Of a DNA stretch of 64,000 bases, positions 52,649 to 61,733 are shown piece after piece (position 1 is the first letter of the stretch; each line of letters starts with the position of its first letter). The position numbers were made by a program, and so were the translations under genes. This DNA comes from Candidatus Neptunichlamydia sp. (lineage in GTDB: Bacteria > Chlamydiota > Chlamydiia > Chlamydiales > Simkaniaceae), in the NCBI GenBank assembly GCA_965233865.1, contig OZ247587.1, forward strand, positions 1,152,001 through 1,216,000, read 5' to 3'. The notes below the pieces were generated by a model. The model did not search any database. It had not been told where the DNA came from and was given only the letters and a program-made list of their open reading frames with translations.

Positions 52649-53514
52649 CTAACCGCTGCAAAAGTGGCGTAAGTTAATGAGAGCAAATGCTATATACTTC
52701 ATCCCATAGTGATGCGAGCTGATTCTCTCGAACCGTATAAGAAGCCGTTTGAACTTGTCCTCCCATGCAAAGACTCGCTATATGGTACGGAAGCGTTCTT
52801 TAAAAACCTCGAAGTCAAACATGGGCTTGCGACTACTCTTGCTCTTTTTTCTATTTCGTTTGTTTGGATTGATGTTAGGTTTCATTCTCGCATTGAAGAT
52901 TTTCTTACCGTTTTTACGGCAATCATAGACCCCATCGAGGCTCATGGTGGATCCTTTAATGTTGAACCCCACAGCCTTTGCCATACTTTTCAATGGGCCC
53001 ATTGCTTCACGTATGAGAGGTGATTCATTCTTGTTGCCTGGTGCGAAAATCATAGGCGCTATAACATTGCAGTTGCGATCACATAGAGCGACAACCTTAT
53101 CGCCTTTCATGTGTTTATGACCGTTGAAACCTATATTATCGCCCCTTTTTTAGCCGTTGTCGTGCTACCATCTCCGTGAATCACATTGGTATCTAATAAT
53201 TTTTTTGAAAACAACTGCTGAACAGAACCCACAAAGATCTTTTCGAAACAGTCATCTCTATGCTAGCGTTGAAAGGTGCGGAATATGCGAGTGTGGTGGA
53301 TTTCCGGCTTGCCAGATGCATCTTTGTTAATGGGGATTTCTTCCTATTGACAACCGGTATGCATCAACTTCAAAATGTAGTTGAAGAGACGGTAAAATCA
53401 CACCTTTGTCTTAGGTCCTCTCGATCTTTCCATGAGGTGGGGCAAGACAAATTGGTCAAACTCCTCTCGTGACAGATGGGTCGGAATGCTTTAGTATTTC
53501 TTGCTTCTACTCAT
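52649..53514 (-). mobile_element. Degraded IS5-family transposase
   Basis: FNYILK..HTGCQ*, GDG.T, KGDKV and LDGVYD motifs; multiple stops and frameshifts. Confidence 0.8.
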
Positions 53515-54092
53515 TATTATTGGAGACATTCAACAGTCATTTTGGAACTTGATATTTGTTATGGGTTCTAACTAAACCCAACTAAAGTTTAACTAATTAT
53601 ACTAAAACACGATAGATTGCATTTAATCGCATTTTAAGCCATTTTAAGCTATTCTACGTCCACGTAATCCAATCACAACTCCAACGTTCCAATAGCGCAA
53701 CACAGCGCAAACCTGAGCTTCGTTTTTTGTTAGCATCTTAAAACTTAGTGAAATGGAGAGTGCCATTGGGAAACCTCAGCCTCTTTAGCCATTAGATACG
53801 CGGTGTTTTCTGAGTAGTCTTTGACTTTTTTCTTTTCTAGACAGGGGTGCCTAGATATCTGGGCAGACCCTCTCTTTGCATAATATTCTTTCGTACTTTC
53901 CCCAGACTTCTTCCTACCTTCGTCCATCTCCTTGAAGTTAAGCTTCGTATTAAATAAGGATATGAAGATTACGGCGTTAAGGCTGTTCCTGCGGTATTAA
54001 ATGGGTATCAATCTCTAAAGATTATCAATTGCAGTTGGGTATCAAACACATGGAAAAGCACTAAGAAATTCGTCAAAAGAAACAAAAAGGTA

Positions 54093-55007
54093 GTGATTAT
54101 CTCAGCTGTTGTTGTAGTTGCTGCAACTGTGGTTATCATCGCTACAAGTGGAGCTGCTGCGCCTGTTATTGCTGCGGGAGCTGCTGCTGCAGATTATGAT
54201 GCCAATGGAGAAACGAAGCCAAAAAACAATCCCAAACTACGAACACCTGTAAATAAGGCTGGGGAGGTGAACGTACCTTATGACGCCTATGATTATGATA
54301 CTTCGCTTAATAATTCAGCTTATCCAAGCCATTGTGACTATGATCGACCGAAAGAAATAGAAGCTTTAATACCAAAGATCACTCCACAATTAGAGCCGAT
54401 ACCCGAGAAAAGTGCTCTCCTAAAAGAAACTATCGAAAGACAAAACACCACTCTTAAAGAAGAGCTCAGTCAAGAACCTGTGCTAGCTGCAAATAACTTA
54501 AATATTCCAAAGAAAGACGAAGCTTCGTTTTGGTCACAAGCAGCCGAAAAAGCGCGAGAGGTTGGCTCTTATGTTGTTCATAATTTCGTTGGTGGAACAG
54601 CTAACTTTGTCGAATCTTTAGGAAAAATGAGTTCCTTTTTATACGATGATTACCCTCCAAAAAGGGAACCTTTCGATGAATTCTTTAGCAATGACGTGGT
54701 TCCGTTTAGCGATCGTCTGCATGATAAGATAGACCAATCTTTTAATACTGACTACGCCGGACAATATGGCAGCTTTAAATCTTCTTCAACTGACGGGAAA
54801 GGGCGAGCTCTTGATAATATTTTCATAGAGCGTCTTTGGAGAAGTGTGAAGTATGAGGATATTTATCCTAAAGGGTATGAAAGCCTTAAAGAACTAAAAA
54901 AGGGACTAGAGGTGTATTTTGAGTTTTATAATGGACAGCGCCGTCACCAGAGTTTGGGATATCAGACGCCGTCAGAGATCTATTATGGAACAGGCCTTGA
55001 GGTCTAA
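54093..55007 (+). pseudogene. Chimeric ORF: internal fragment of a TM-containing chlamydial protein fused in frame to an IS3 integrase C-terminus
   Basis: Hydrophobic IISAVVVVAATVVII stretch; from about 54790 DGKGRALDNIFIERLWRSVKYE...HQSLGYQTP. Confidence 0.65.
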
Positions 55008-55091
55008 AGAAGGAATAAGAACTGAATTTAACATCAGGAAAAACTAGCTTAACTTTTGCAAATTTTGGTCTTGACGTCTGGGACCACCATA
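54790..55091 (+). mobile_element. IS3-family 3' remnant with right IR
   Basis: Integrase core C-terminus; terminal tggtcttgac...ggaccaccata. Confidence 0.8.
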
Positions 55092-55185
55092 GGGTGGTGC
55101 TACAAAATATACGACGATTCTGTCAACAAATCTTAACGAAATGGATGTTGTTTAAAATGCATCTCTGCTCTATACAGAGCGCAGC

Positions 55186-56220
55186 ATGATTATAAAAAGC
55201 TTCCCAAAGATTGCAGCTCTGATTTATGGAAATCAGAAGCATTATCTTGATCATCTAGCCCCCTTAGCGAGCCTTTTAAGGGTCCCTCTAGTTGTTACAG
55301 ACTTTGAGGTTGAACGTTTAGCAAAAAACTATTATCCCGACTTAAATCTTCTCTATTTTGACCCAGCTGAAATGGCAGAAAAGGTGGTCTCTCAGTTTGA
55401 AGTCGTCATTTCATGCCTCCCTAAAGACCTTTTTGATTCCCTTTTTTTTATTACAGAAACTCTCCATCAAAAGCGTCTAACGAATGTATGGTGCCCACAT
55501 GGCAACTCCGATAAAGGTCACTCCTCTTACTTTATGGAGGGCCTTTCAAAAGAAAAATGGGCCTTTGTATATGGTCAAAAGATGATTGATTTCCTTAAGG
55601 AAAAGGGGGCTTTTGAACAATTAAACGAACTTTTTATTTTAGGCAACTATCGATATGAGTATTATTTGCGACACACTGAATTTTACCAAAGAATCCTAAA
55701 CAAAAAGATCCCACTAAATCGGAAACGTCGTACGCTTTTATATGCGCCAACTTGGAACGATAGTGAAAGCTCTTCATCTTTTGAGAAAGAGCACTCCTTT
55801 CTAATCAATAATGTTCCCAAAAACTGGAATTTGATCATTAAACCTCACCCCCATCTAAAATGTCCTCTCGAATCTTCAAAAGAAAATGTGATCATTCTGA
55901 AAGGCTTTCCCCCTATTTACCCCTTGCTTCAATTGATCGATGTTTACTTGGGAGACATGTCTTCAGTTGGGTATGATTTTTTAACATTTCGCCGCCCTCT
56001 CTTTTTTTATAACCCCCAAAACCGCAACCAAAATGAGGACCAGGGGCTGTATCTCACGCGGTGCGGAACGATTATCGGTCCGAATGAAAACCCTTTTGAA
56101 AAGATCGATAAAATCGATCCTGTATCCTTTTTAAAAATACAAGACCACGTGTATCATGAGGTCTTTGAAAAGAACCAAACCATTACGAAAATATATGACC
56201 TCCTCTCCGAAACAGTCTGA
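55186..56220 (+). CDS. CDP-glycerol glycerophosphotransferase (TagB/TagF-like) family
   Basis: PHGNSDK, LYAPTW, KPHP and DMSSVGYDF motifs. Confidence 0.8.
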   Translation: MIIKSFPKIAALIYGNQKHYLDHLAPLASLLRVPLVVTDFEVERLAKNYYPDLNLLYFDPAEMAEKVVSQFEVVISCLPKDLFDSLFFITETLHQKRLTNVWCPHGNSDKGHSSYFMEGLSKEKWAFVYGQKMIDFLKEKGAFEQLNELFILGNYRYEYYLRHTEFYQRILNKKIPLNRKRRTLLYAPTWNDSESSSSFEKEHSFLINNVPKNWNLIIKPHPHLKCPLESSKENVIILKGFPPIYPLLQLIDVYLGDMSSVGYDFLTFRRPLFFYNPQNRNQNEDQGLYLTRCGTIIGPNENPFEKIDKIDPVSFLKIQDHVYHEVFEKNQTITKIYDLLSETV

Positions 56221-57292
56221 AGCATGTGGTATCTGCCTCGCACCTGGGGATTCAGTCAACCATCTTGATCATTTAGCCCCTCTCGCATATATCATGGGAA
56301 TGCCTCTCGTTGTCGATGTTGAATTCTTAACAGGCGTGATGGAGACCTACTACCCACAAGTCAAGATGCTTTACATTGATCATCACGCAAAGATTCTAGA
56401 ATATTTTGCCCATAACCATAACCTCCTTTTTGTTTCTAGTGCTAACTACCGTAAGGACTTAAGCCCTCTTTTTGAAGTTGTCTTCCGAAAGCAGATGAAA
56501 TTTTGGTACTGTCCCCATGGAAACTCAGACAAGTCTATTGAAACTTTCAAGGACCAACACTATTTTTTCACCTATGGTCCCATCATGGAAGAGCGGCTAC
56601 AGGAAAGTGGGATTTTAGATACAGTTCGTGGACATGTGAGAACGGGGAATTACCGTTATCCTTTTTATGAAAAACACGCGGTTTTTTACGATAATCTTGT
56701 TGAAAAGGAAGTATTTTCTCTCTTTGCAAAAAAACAAACAACCCTCCTTTATGCTCCTACTTGGCAGGATTTAGAACACTCTTCTTCCTTTACCGATGTG
56801 GGCCTTGTTGTCCCCGAGCAACTTCCAGACCACTACAATCTTATTATCAAGCTGCATCCCTGGCTTATCCATTATAAACCAGGCTATGTCGCTCACTTAG
56901 AAGAAAAATACCGAAACGTTAATAATGTCGTTGTTCTTGCCCAATATCCCCTAGTCCTCCCTTTACTAAAGCGAACAGACATCTATTTGGGAGATTTCTC
57001 ATCGATCGGATATGACTTTCTTTATTATAACCGCCCCATGTTCTTTTTCAAAGGCTCTCAGTGGGGAAAACCCAAAGACTATTCCTCTTATCTTCACCAG
57101 TGTGGAACTGTCATTCCAAACACTTCGTATGACAAGATATTTTCATTTATTGAAGGCAATTTGAAAGCGCAAGAAATCCTTAAACCCATCCGTACAGATA
57201 TCTATGAACGTGCGTTTGGGAAACATCGCTCCTTCGATGAGATCAGAAAAGGGGTGTTTGAAACACTCTCTCAGTATTCAGCTGTGAAGTGA
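56195..57292 (+). CDS. CDP-glycerol glycerophosphotransferase (TagB/TagF-like) family, tandem paralog
   Basis: PHGNSDK, LYAPTW, KLHP and DFSSIGYDF motifs. Confidence 0.8.
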   Translation: MTSSPKQSEACGICLAPGDSVNHLDHLAPLAYIMGMPLVVDVEFLTGVMETYYPQVKMLYIDHHAKILEYFAHNHNLLFVSSANYRKDLSPLFEVVFRKQMKFWYCPHGNSDKSIETFKDQHYFFTYGPIMEERLQESGILDTVRGHVRTGNYRYPFYEKHAVFYDNLVEKEVFSLFAKKQTTLLYAPTWQDLEHSSSFTDVGLVVPEQLPDHYNLIIKLHPWLIHYKPGYVAHLEEKYRNVNNVVVLAQYPLVLPLLKRTDIYLGDFSSIGYDFLYYNRPMFFFKGSQWGKPKDYSSYLHQCGTVIPNTSYDKIFSFIEGNLKAQEILKPIRTDIYERAFGKHRSFDEIRKGVFETLSQYSAVK

Positions 57293-57456
57293 TTTCCCCC
57301 TTTTGCACAGCCCCCCAATGGCTATTGTTTCGACTTTTTGGATGGACATTCAGAATTACTACACCATACTAAGTATGATTGACCGCAGCTTGGGCATGGT
57401 TTGTATATACTGGTGTCATTGCATAGTTTTGGGATCCAACATCCTCGACTATCCGA

Positions 57457-57771
57457 TTGCAAATGAGCCAAGCGTACAAATTCATTATTACTGAGATCCA
57501 GAAATCTATTTGCAGTCATGAGAAGCAAATTGTTAAACACAAAGATAAGATTACAAACCCTTCTAAACATTGTCCAGCTTGGAATAACCTTCATCCAGAA
57601 AAAAAAGCGTTGGTTGAGAAAAGATGGCCAAATGAAATACAGTGCTATACAGAGCAAAAAGAAGGGTTGAGTTATTACATACAAGAAGTAAGTGGATTAC
57701 TGAAAGAGTACGCTAAACAAGCAAAGACAGATGCAGAACATTCCGAAAAGGGATCTGGGAGGGGAGTGTAA
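57457..57771 (+). pseudogene. Orphan fragment resembling a polymorphic-toxin C-terminal domain
   Basis: KSI.SHEKQI..H..KI.NP..H.P.W..L.P......W..EIQ pattern; no convincing start. Confidence 0.4.
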
Positions 57772-58110
57772 TCTAAACTGTGTAAACGGTCATTAGGCCT
57801 CAACTCCTTTTGAGATCCTATCTTCGTAAGGAGACTGTAAGAATAACTGTGTAAATGAAAAAATGTTAAGGAAAAATAACGTTGATTTCACACAAGGATA
57901 AATCATGAATTATGATCTCGAAGAAGAATTAGATAAGTGCGCAACCATGGAAGACCTAACCGGTCAAAATGGGCTAATCCAAAAGCTCATTGGTGGAATG
58001 GTTGAGAAGATGCTCGAGAAAGAGATGGAAGGGCACTTAGGATATGAAAAGCACGCCATCAAGGGTAATAATACCGGTAACAACCGGAATGGGAAAAACA
58101 AAAAAATCTT
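57762..58110 (+). mobile_element. IS256-family remnants: inverted right end (57762-57830) followed by a left end and truncated transposase (57905-~58110)
   Basis: IRs gggagtgtaatctaaactgtgtaaa and gagactgtaagaataactgtgtaaa; EMEGHLGYEK...NNRNG motif. Confidence 0.8.
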
Positions 58111-58411
58111 CGCTTACCACTTTTTTGAACCTAAAAGAGCTTCTTTCGGAGTTAAATCTCAATCTTGAGGTTGAAATATCTTCATCTCGAGTATGGATTT
58201 GCAAGCTAGATTTGCTTAATGATAGCTTTTCTGGAGTGGTAGATCTGGACCTCTAGCCTGAAATCACAGGCAAGGATGGAGTTTGCATTGAAGTAAACCG
58301 CGGACATCACAGAAATTTTCGCTTTGAAGGAGTAGACATATCTAAAGCATCTTTGAAACAGAGTTTTTTGAATGTGCTTTTAAGTGCTATTGCCAATTTA
58401 GAGCGGAGTTG

Positions 58412-58585
58412 TTAACCTGGAGACTCATTTTCTATCTCTTGATTTCGATTGACCCCATTAGCTTCAAGTTGGTGGGGTTTTTCTTTTGTGTTGTCTTTTT
58501 CAATATCGATATCCTTACAGCGGCTTGCGTAGTTTTCTATATCTGCTTCTTTTATATTTGTGTTTATTGGCCTTATCTTTGGCAT
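58412..58585 (-). CDS. Small ORF translationally coupled to parA (possible truncated partition partner)
   Basis: 57 aa MPKIRPINTN..., overlapping the parA stop. Confidence 0.4.
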   Translation of the reverse strand: MPKIRPINTNIKEADIENYASRCKDIDIEKDNTKEKPHQLEANGVNRNQEIENESPG

Positions 58586-59217
58586 GTTTTTGATAGCTCC
58601 TCAATTAGTTGTTTCATTTCTTCGGATGCTTTTTTGTTCTGAAGTTCGTGAACTCCTTTTCCCTGACTCATACAATCACGGTATACCTTTCTTTCATATA
58701 TCGTAGACTTCAGCAAATCAAACTCTGGGTATTGCTTGATATAAGCTATGGCTTCATTTCTTTCAGTAACACTTGGGTTTGTGGAGACCATGGTTAAGAG
58801 TGCTCTGACATTTAGGTTTGGATTGAAATCTCGAGCTTCTTCGATAATCTCTTTCATTTTTGGCAGCGTATCAAGATCTGGCTGGGAACTTTTAAGTGGG
58901 ACAATTAATAGGTTAGCTGCTGTGATGCCTGTCCTCATTTCCCGAGAATCTCTTCCAGGAGAATCTACAATCACATATTCATAACGCTTGTTGAGATCTA
59001 AAAGTGTGTTGCGAATGTTTCCGTATTTCTGAATCGAATGGACTTTTGGGAGATCAGTTTGTTCATCACGATCCATGATCCAAGTACTTGCTGTTCCTTG
59101 GATGTCTGAGTCAACAAGCATACAATCCTTTCTCTTGTTAGACAAAAAGGAAGCAATATTTACTGACATTGTGGATTTACCACAGCCGCCTTTCTGAGAA
59201 CATAGCATAATAATCAT
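58573..59217 (-). CDS. parA: Short plasmid-type ParA ATPase
   Basis: QKGGCGKST, DSDIQG and VDSPG motifs; no N-terminal HTH (type Ib-like). Confidence 0.88.
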   Translation of the reverse strand: MIIMLCSQKGGCGKSTMSVNIASFLSNKRKDCMLVDSDIQGTASTWIMDRDEQTDLPKVHSIQKYGNIRNTLLDLNKRYEYVIVDSPGRDSREMRTGITAANLLIVPLKSSQPDLDTLPKMKEIIEEARDFNPNLNVRALLTMVSTNPSVTERNEAIAYIKQYPEFDLLKSTIYERKVYRDCMSQGKGVHELQNKKASEEMKQLIEELSKTCQR

Positions 59218-59262
59218 ATAGAACCTTGCGCATCACTTTGATTCAGAATGATTCATGTACCT

Positions 59263-59292
59263 AAAAGAAAAAGAGCCCTGGAAACAGAGCTC
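59263..59292 (-). terminator. Rho-independent terminator after the 59313-59825 gene
   Basis: Minus strand gagctctg-tttc-cagggctc followed by a T-run. Confidence 0.6.
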
Positions 59293-59312
59293 CATAAAAA
59301 GAAGTTTGTGCT

Positions 59313-59825
59313 TTAACGAGATTGAAGAGCAACTAAAATTTGATCCAGTTTTTCATCTGTACTTTTCTGATGATCCTGAGAAGATTTAAATACCTCTACA
59401 AGCCCATTGTGGCTGGTTACTAGTTGGGATAAGGTGTTGTCCACCAGGTTTTGTCTCTGCAGCACTTCTGTTAGGCCCTTACTTACTGAAGAAATTTCCT
59501 GTCTTGTAGTATCAAGTTTTTGGTGTGATTCTTTTTGATTCCTCAATATAGTTTGTGTATTATCAAAAGTTTTTCCAGCTATACCTTCTGTTTTATGTTG
59601 GACCTCGTTTATTTCTCTTGAAGCATCTTCTATAGAACTACCGATAGATGACAATTGCCCTGAAAGCAATCTGACTTCGCTAACAATTTTTTCATTTTCT
59701 TTTTGAAGGTAGCTAACATCTATCAGAGACAAATCGACACCTCTTCTTGAGTGAAATTGAACTGGCTGAAGGCTGAAGCTTGGTGTTCCTGAAGATAGAG
59801 GAACGTTTCCTGTGATTGTACTCAT
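59313..59825 (-). CDS. Coiled-coil hypothetical protein, candidate secreted effector
   Basis: AGGAG RBS, S/T/P-rich N-terminus, long heptad pattern. Confidence 0.65.
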   Translation of the reverse strand: MSTITGNVPLSSGTPSFSLQPVQFHSRRGVDLSLIDVSYLQKENEKIVSEVRLLSGQLSSIGSSIEDASREINEVQHKTEGIAGKTFDNTQTILRNQKESHQKLDTTRQEISSVSKGLTEVLQRQNLVDNTLSQLVTSHNGLVEVFKSSQDHQKSTDEKLDQILVALQSR

Positions 59826-59949
59826 AACTATTCTCCTTTCTTTTTATATTGTTTAGTGCCCAAGATGATATCACTGATCCTTGATTAACCACCATACCAC
59901 CAGATATTTTATCAAGTAATTATCCCAATCTTCCATGCAGCCCCATAGA

Positions 59950-60045
59950 ATCTCAAAAAGTATACTCTTACGGAATTGACTTGACGTGTCCGAATTAATG
60001 TCCTAGAATGTAATTCTTTTGAAGCTTAAGGATATTAAAGACACA
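59950..60045 (+). promoter_or_regulatory. Resolvase promoter and probable res site
   Basis: TTGACG-N17-TAGAAT (59981-60009) within imperfect palindromes directly upstream of the resolvase. Confidence 0.5.
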
Positions 60046-60056
60046 AGGAGGCCCTA

Positions 60057-60599
60057 ATGGCAAAGATAGGATATGCAAGAATCAGTTCAATCGGATAAAG
60101 CTTAGAAGTACAACGCAGCAAGCTCAAAGACTGCGGCAAACTATTCGAAGAGAAACGCAGCGGTGTAGATGGTTCAAGAGAAAAACTCCGGGAATGCCTT
60201 GATTATGTTCGTGAAGGAGATACTCTTGTTGTGACTAGACTGAACCGATTGGCAAGATCAACGTTGCACTTATGCCAGATCGCAGAGCTACTCCAAAAGA
60301 AAGGCGTAACCCTAGTTGTAAGGGATCAGCATATTGATACAGAGACTTCAACCGGAAGACTGCTATTCAACATGCTTGGAGCTATTGGTCAGTTCGAGAC
60401 AGAGATAAGAGCCGAGCGTCAGTTAGATGGCATCAACAAGGCAAGAGAGAGTGGAGTCCAGTTTGGTCGCAGATCTAAGATGAATAAAGAGGAGATCAAA
60501 GAACTCAAAGAGAAGCGAAAGACAATGATGATCAAAGAGCTAATGAAAGAGTATGGACTATCAAAGTCAAGCGTCTACAAGTACCTGAGTAGAGCCTAA
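60057..60599 (+). pseudogene. Serine recombinase (resolvase) with a nonsense codon at 60096
   Basis: MAKIGYARISSIG*SLEVQ...GDTLVVTRLNRLARS with a C-terminal HTH. Confidence 0.9.
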
Positions 60600-60699
60600 G
60601 CCTCAAAGGGACCCGGAACCTGGTGGTCGTCGCAAAGGGGGGCCACCCCTAAAAAGCATTCTTTTTTTATTCTTGATCAGGCGGATTTGCGCACGAAGG
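60591..60699 (+). repeat. Block-conserved noncoding element, copy 2
   Basis: See 33470-33580. Confidence 0.75.
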
Positions 60700-60731
60700 T
60701 AATTTTCAAATTCAGATAATTTTATTATTTA

Positions 60732-61730
60732 TCACCTTCTGCTTTTGAATCTCTCTAATACTTTCCATACAATCCTCGTACAGGCACCTGCTATCATACC
60801 CAATAAAAATATTCTAACAGTTCTATGACTCAGTATGTTCGGTAGTGCTGAAGTCGATTGCTGTTTTCTAATAGGGCTGATTCTTTGGGGAGGTGTAGAT
60901 GGGGTTGAAGATTCTGACGTTAATCCCTGAGAAGAGAAGGACGAAGACATTGGTGGTTGATCAGGCCGTATCCCAAAGCGTTTATTTAGCTTTTCAATGG
61001 AGACTGCATTTTCACGTTGACCCTTACGTATGTTTTGTTGATCTTTACGTATGTCTATAAGATCTTCGCTTATGGTTTTTTGACCTTTACGTATGTTTTC
61101 TTGACCTTTACGTATGTTTTGTTGATCTTTACGTATGTCTATAAGATCTTTACGTATGTTTTGTTGATCTTTACGTATGTCTATAAGATCTTTACGTATG
61201 TTTTCTTGACCTTTACGTATGTTTTGTTGATCTTTACGTATGTCTATAAGATCTTTACGTATGTTTTGTTGATCTTTTTTGATCTCATCGCTCTCCTTCT
61301 TCAAAGCATCAAAAGCTTCATTAGCATTTTTTCTCCTTTCAGAAGTAGAGCAATTGTCATCTAGCCTTTCATTTAAATGCGCTACAGCCTCTTTTGCTGA
61401 AAGATCTCGTTGCCAACCAGGCCCCCTTAGAGATGGAGGCCTTATTGAGTCAGAGTCTTCTTGAGGAACAACATACACTACTGGATTATCTTTCCACTTA
61501 TGATATTCGCTAGCAATCTCCTTGTTATCTACAAAAAGGGTTTTGCTTAGTCTATCCGTTCTACAAGCTGGACAATTGTTATTTTCCTTCAGCCAATCCT
61601 CTATGCATATCTTATGAAAGGAGTGCTTGCACCTAGCTGATGAACAAGCATTTTCTTCCATAGGATCTAAGCAAATTAGGCACTTAAAGAGTTCTGGAGG
61701 CTGTGAAAAAGTCGTAATTGCTAACATCAT
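60732..61730 (-). CDS. RING-H2 domain protein with heptad-repeat stalk and C-terminal hydrophobic helix (candidate E3 ubiquitin ligase effector)
   Basis: CLIC...CKHSFHKICI..W.....CPAC. Confidence 0.85.
   Translation of the reverse strand: MMLAITTFSQPPELFKCLICLDPMEENACSSARCKHSFHKICIEDWLKENNNCPACRTDRLSKTLFVDNKEIASEYHKWKDNPVVYVVPQEDSDSIRPPSLRGPGWQRDLSAKEAVAHLNERLDDNCSTSERRKNANEAFDALKKESDEIKKDQQNIRKDLIDIRKDQQNIRKGQENIRKDLIDIRKDQQNIRKDLIDIRKDQQNIRKGQENIRKGQKTISEDLIDIRKDQQNIRKGQRENAVSIEKLNKRFGIRPDQPPMSSSFSSQGLTSESSTPSTPPQRISPIRKQQSTSALPNILSHRTVRIFLLGMIAGACTRIVWKVLERFKSRR
61011..61283 (-). repeat. In-frame 21-bp tandem repeat, 13 units
   Basis: IRKDQQN / IRKDLID / IRKGQEN variants. Confidence 0.9.
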
Positions 61731-61733
61731 AAC

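Noticed and set aside
57322..57460. Minus-strand CPSC...C....C zinc-ribbon peptide
   Set aside because: No credible start; probably a gene remnant and cannot be assigned
50380..60100. In-frame stops as evidence of genetic-code reassignment
   Set aside because: TAA, TAG and TGA all occur as interruptions and all terminate core genes normally
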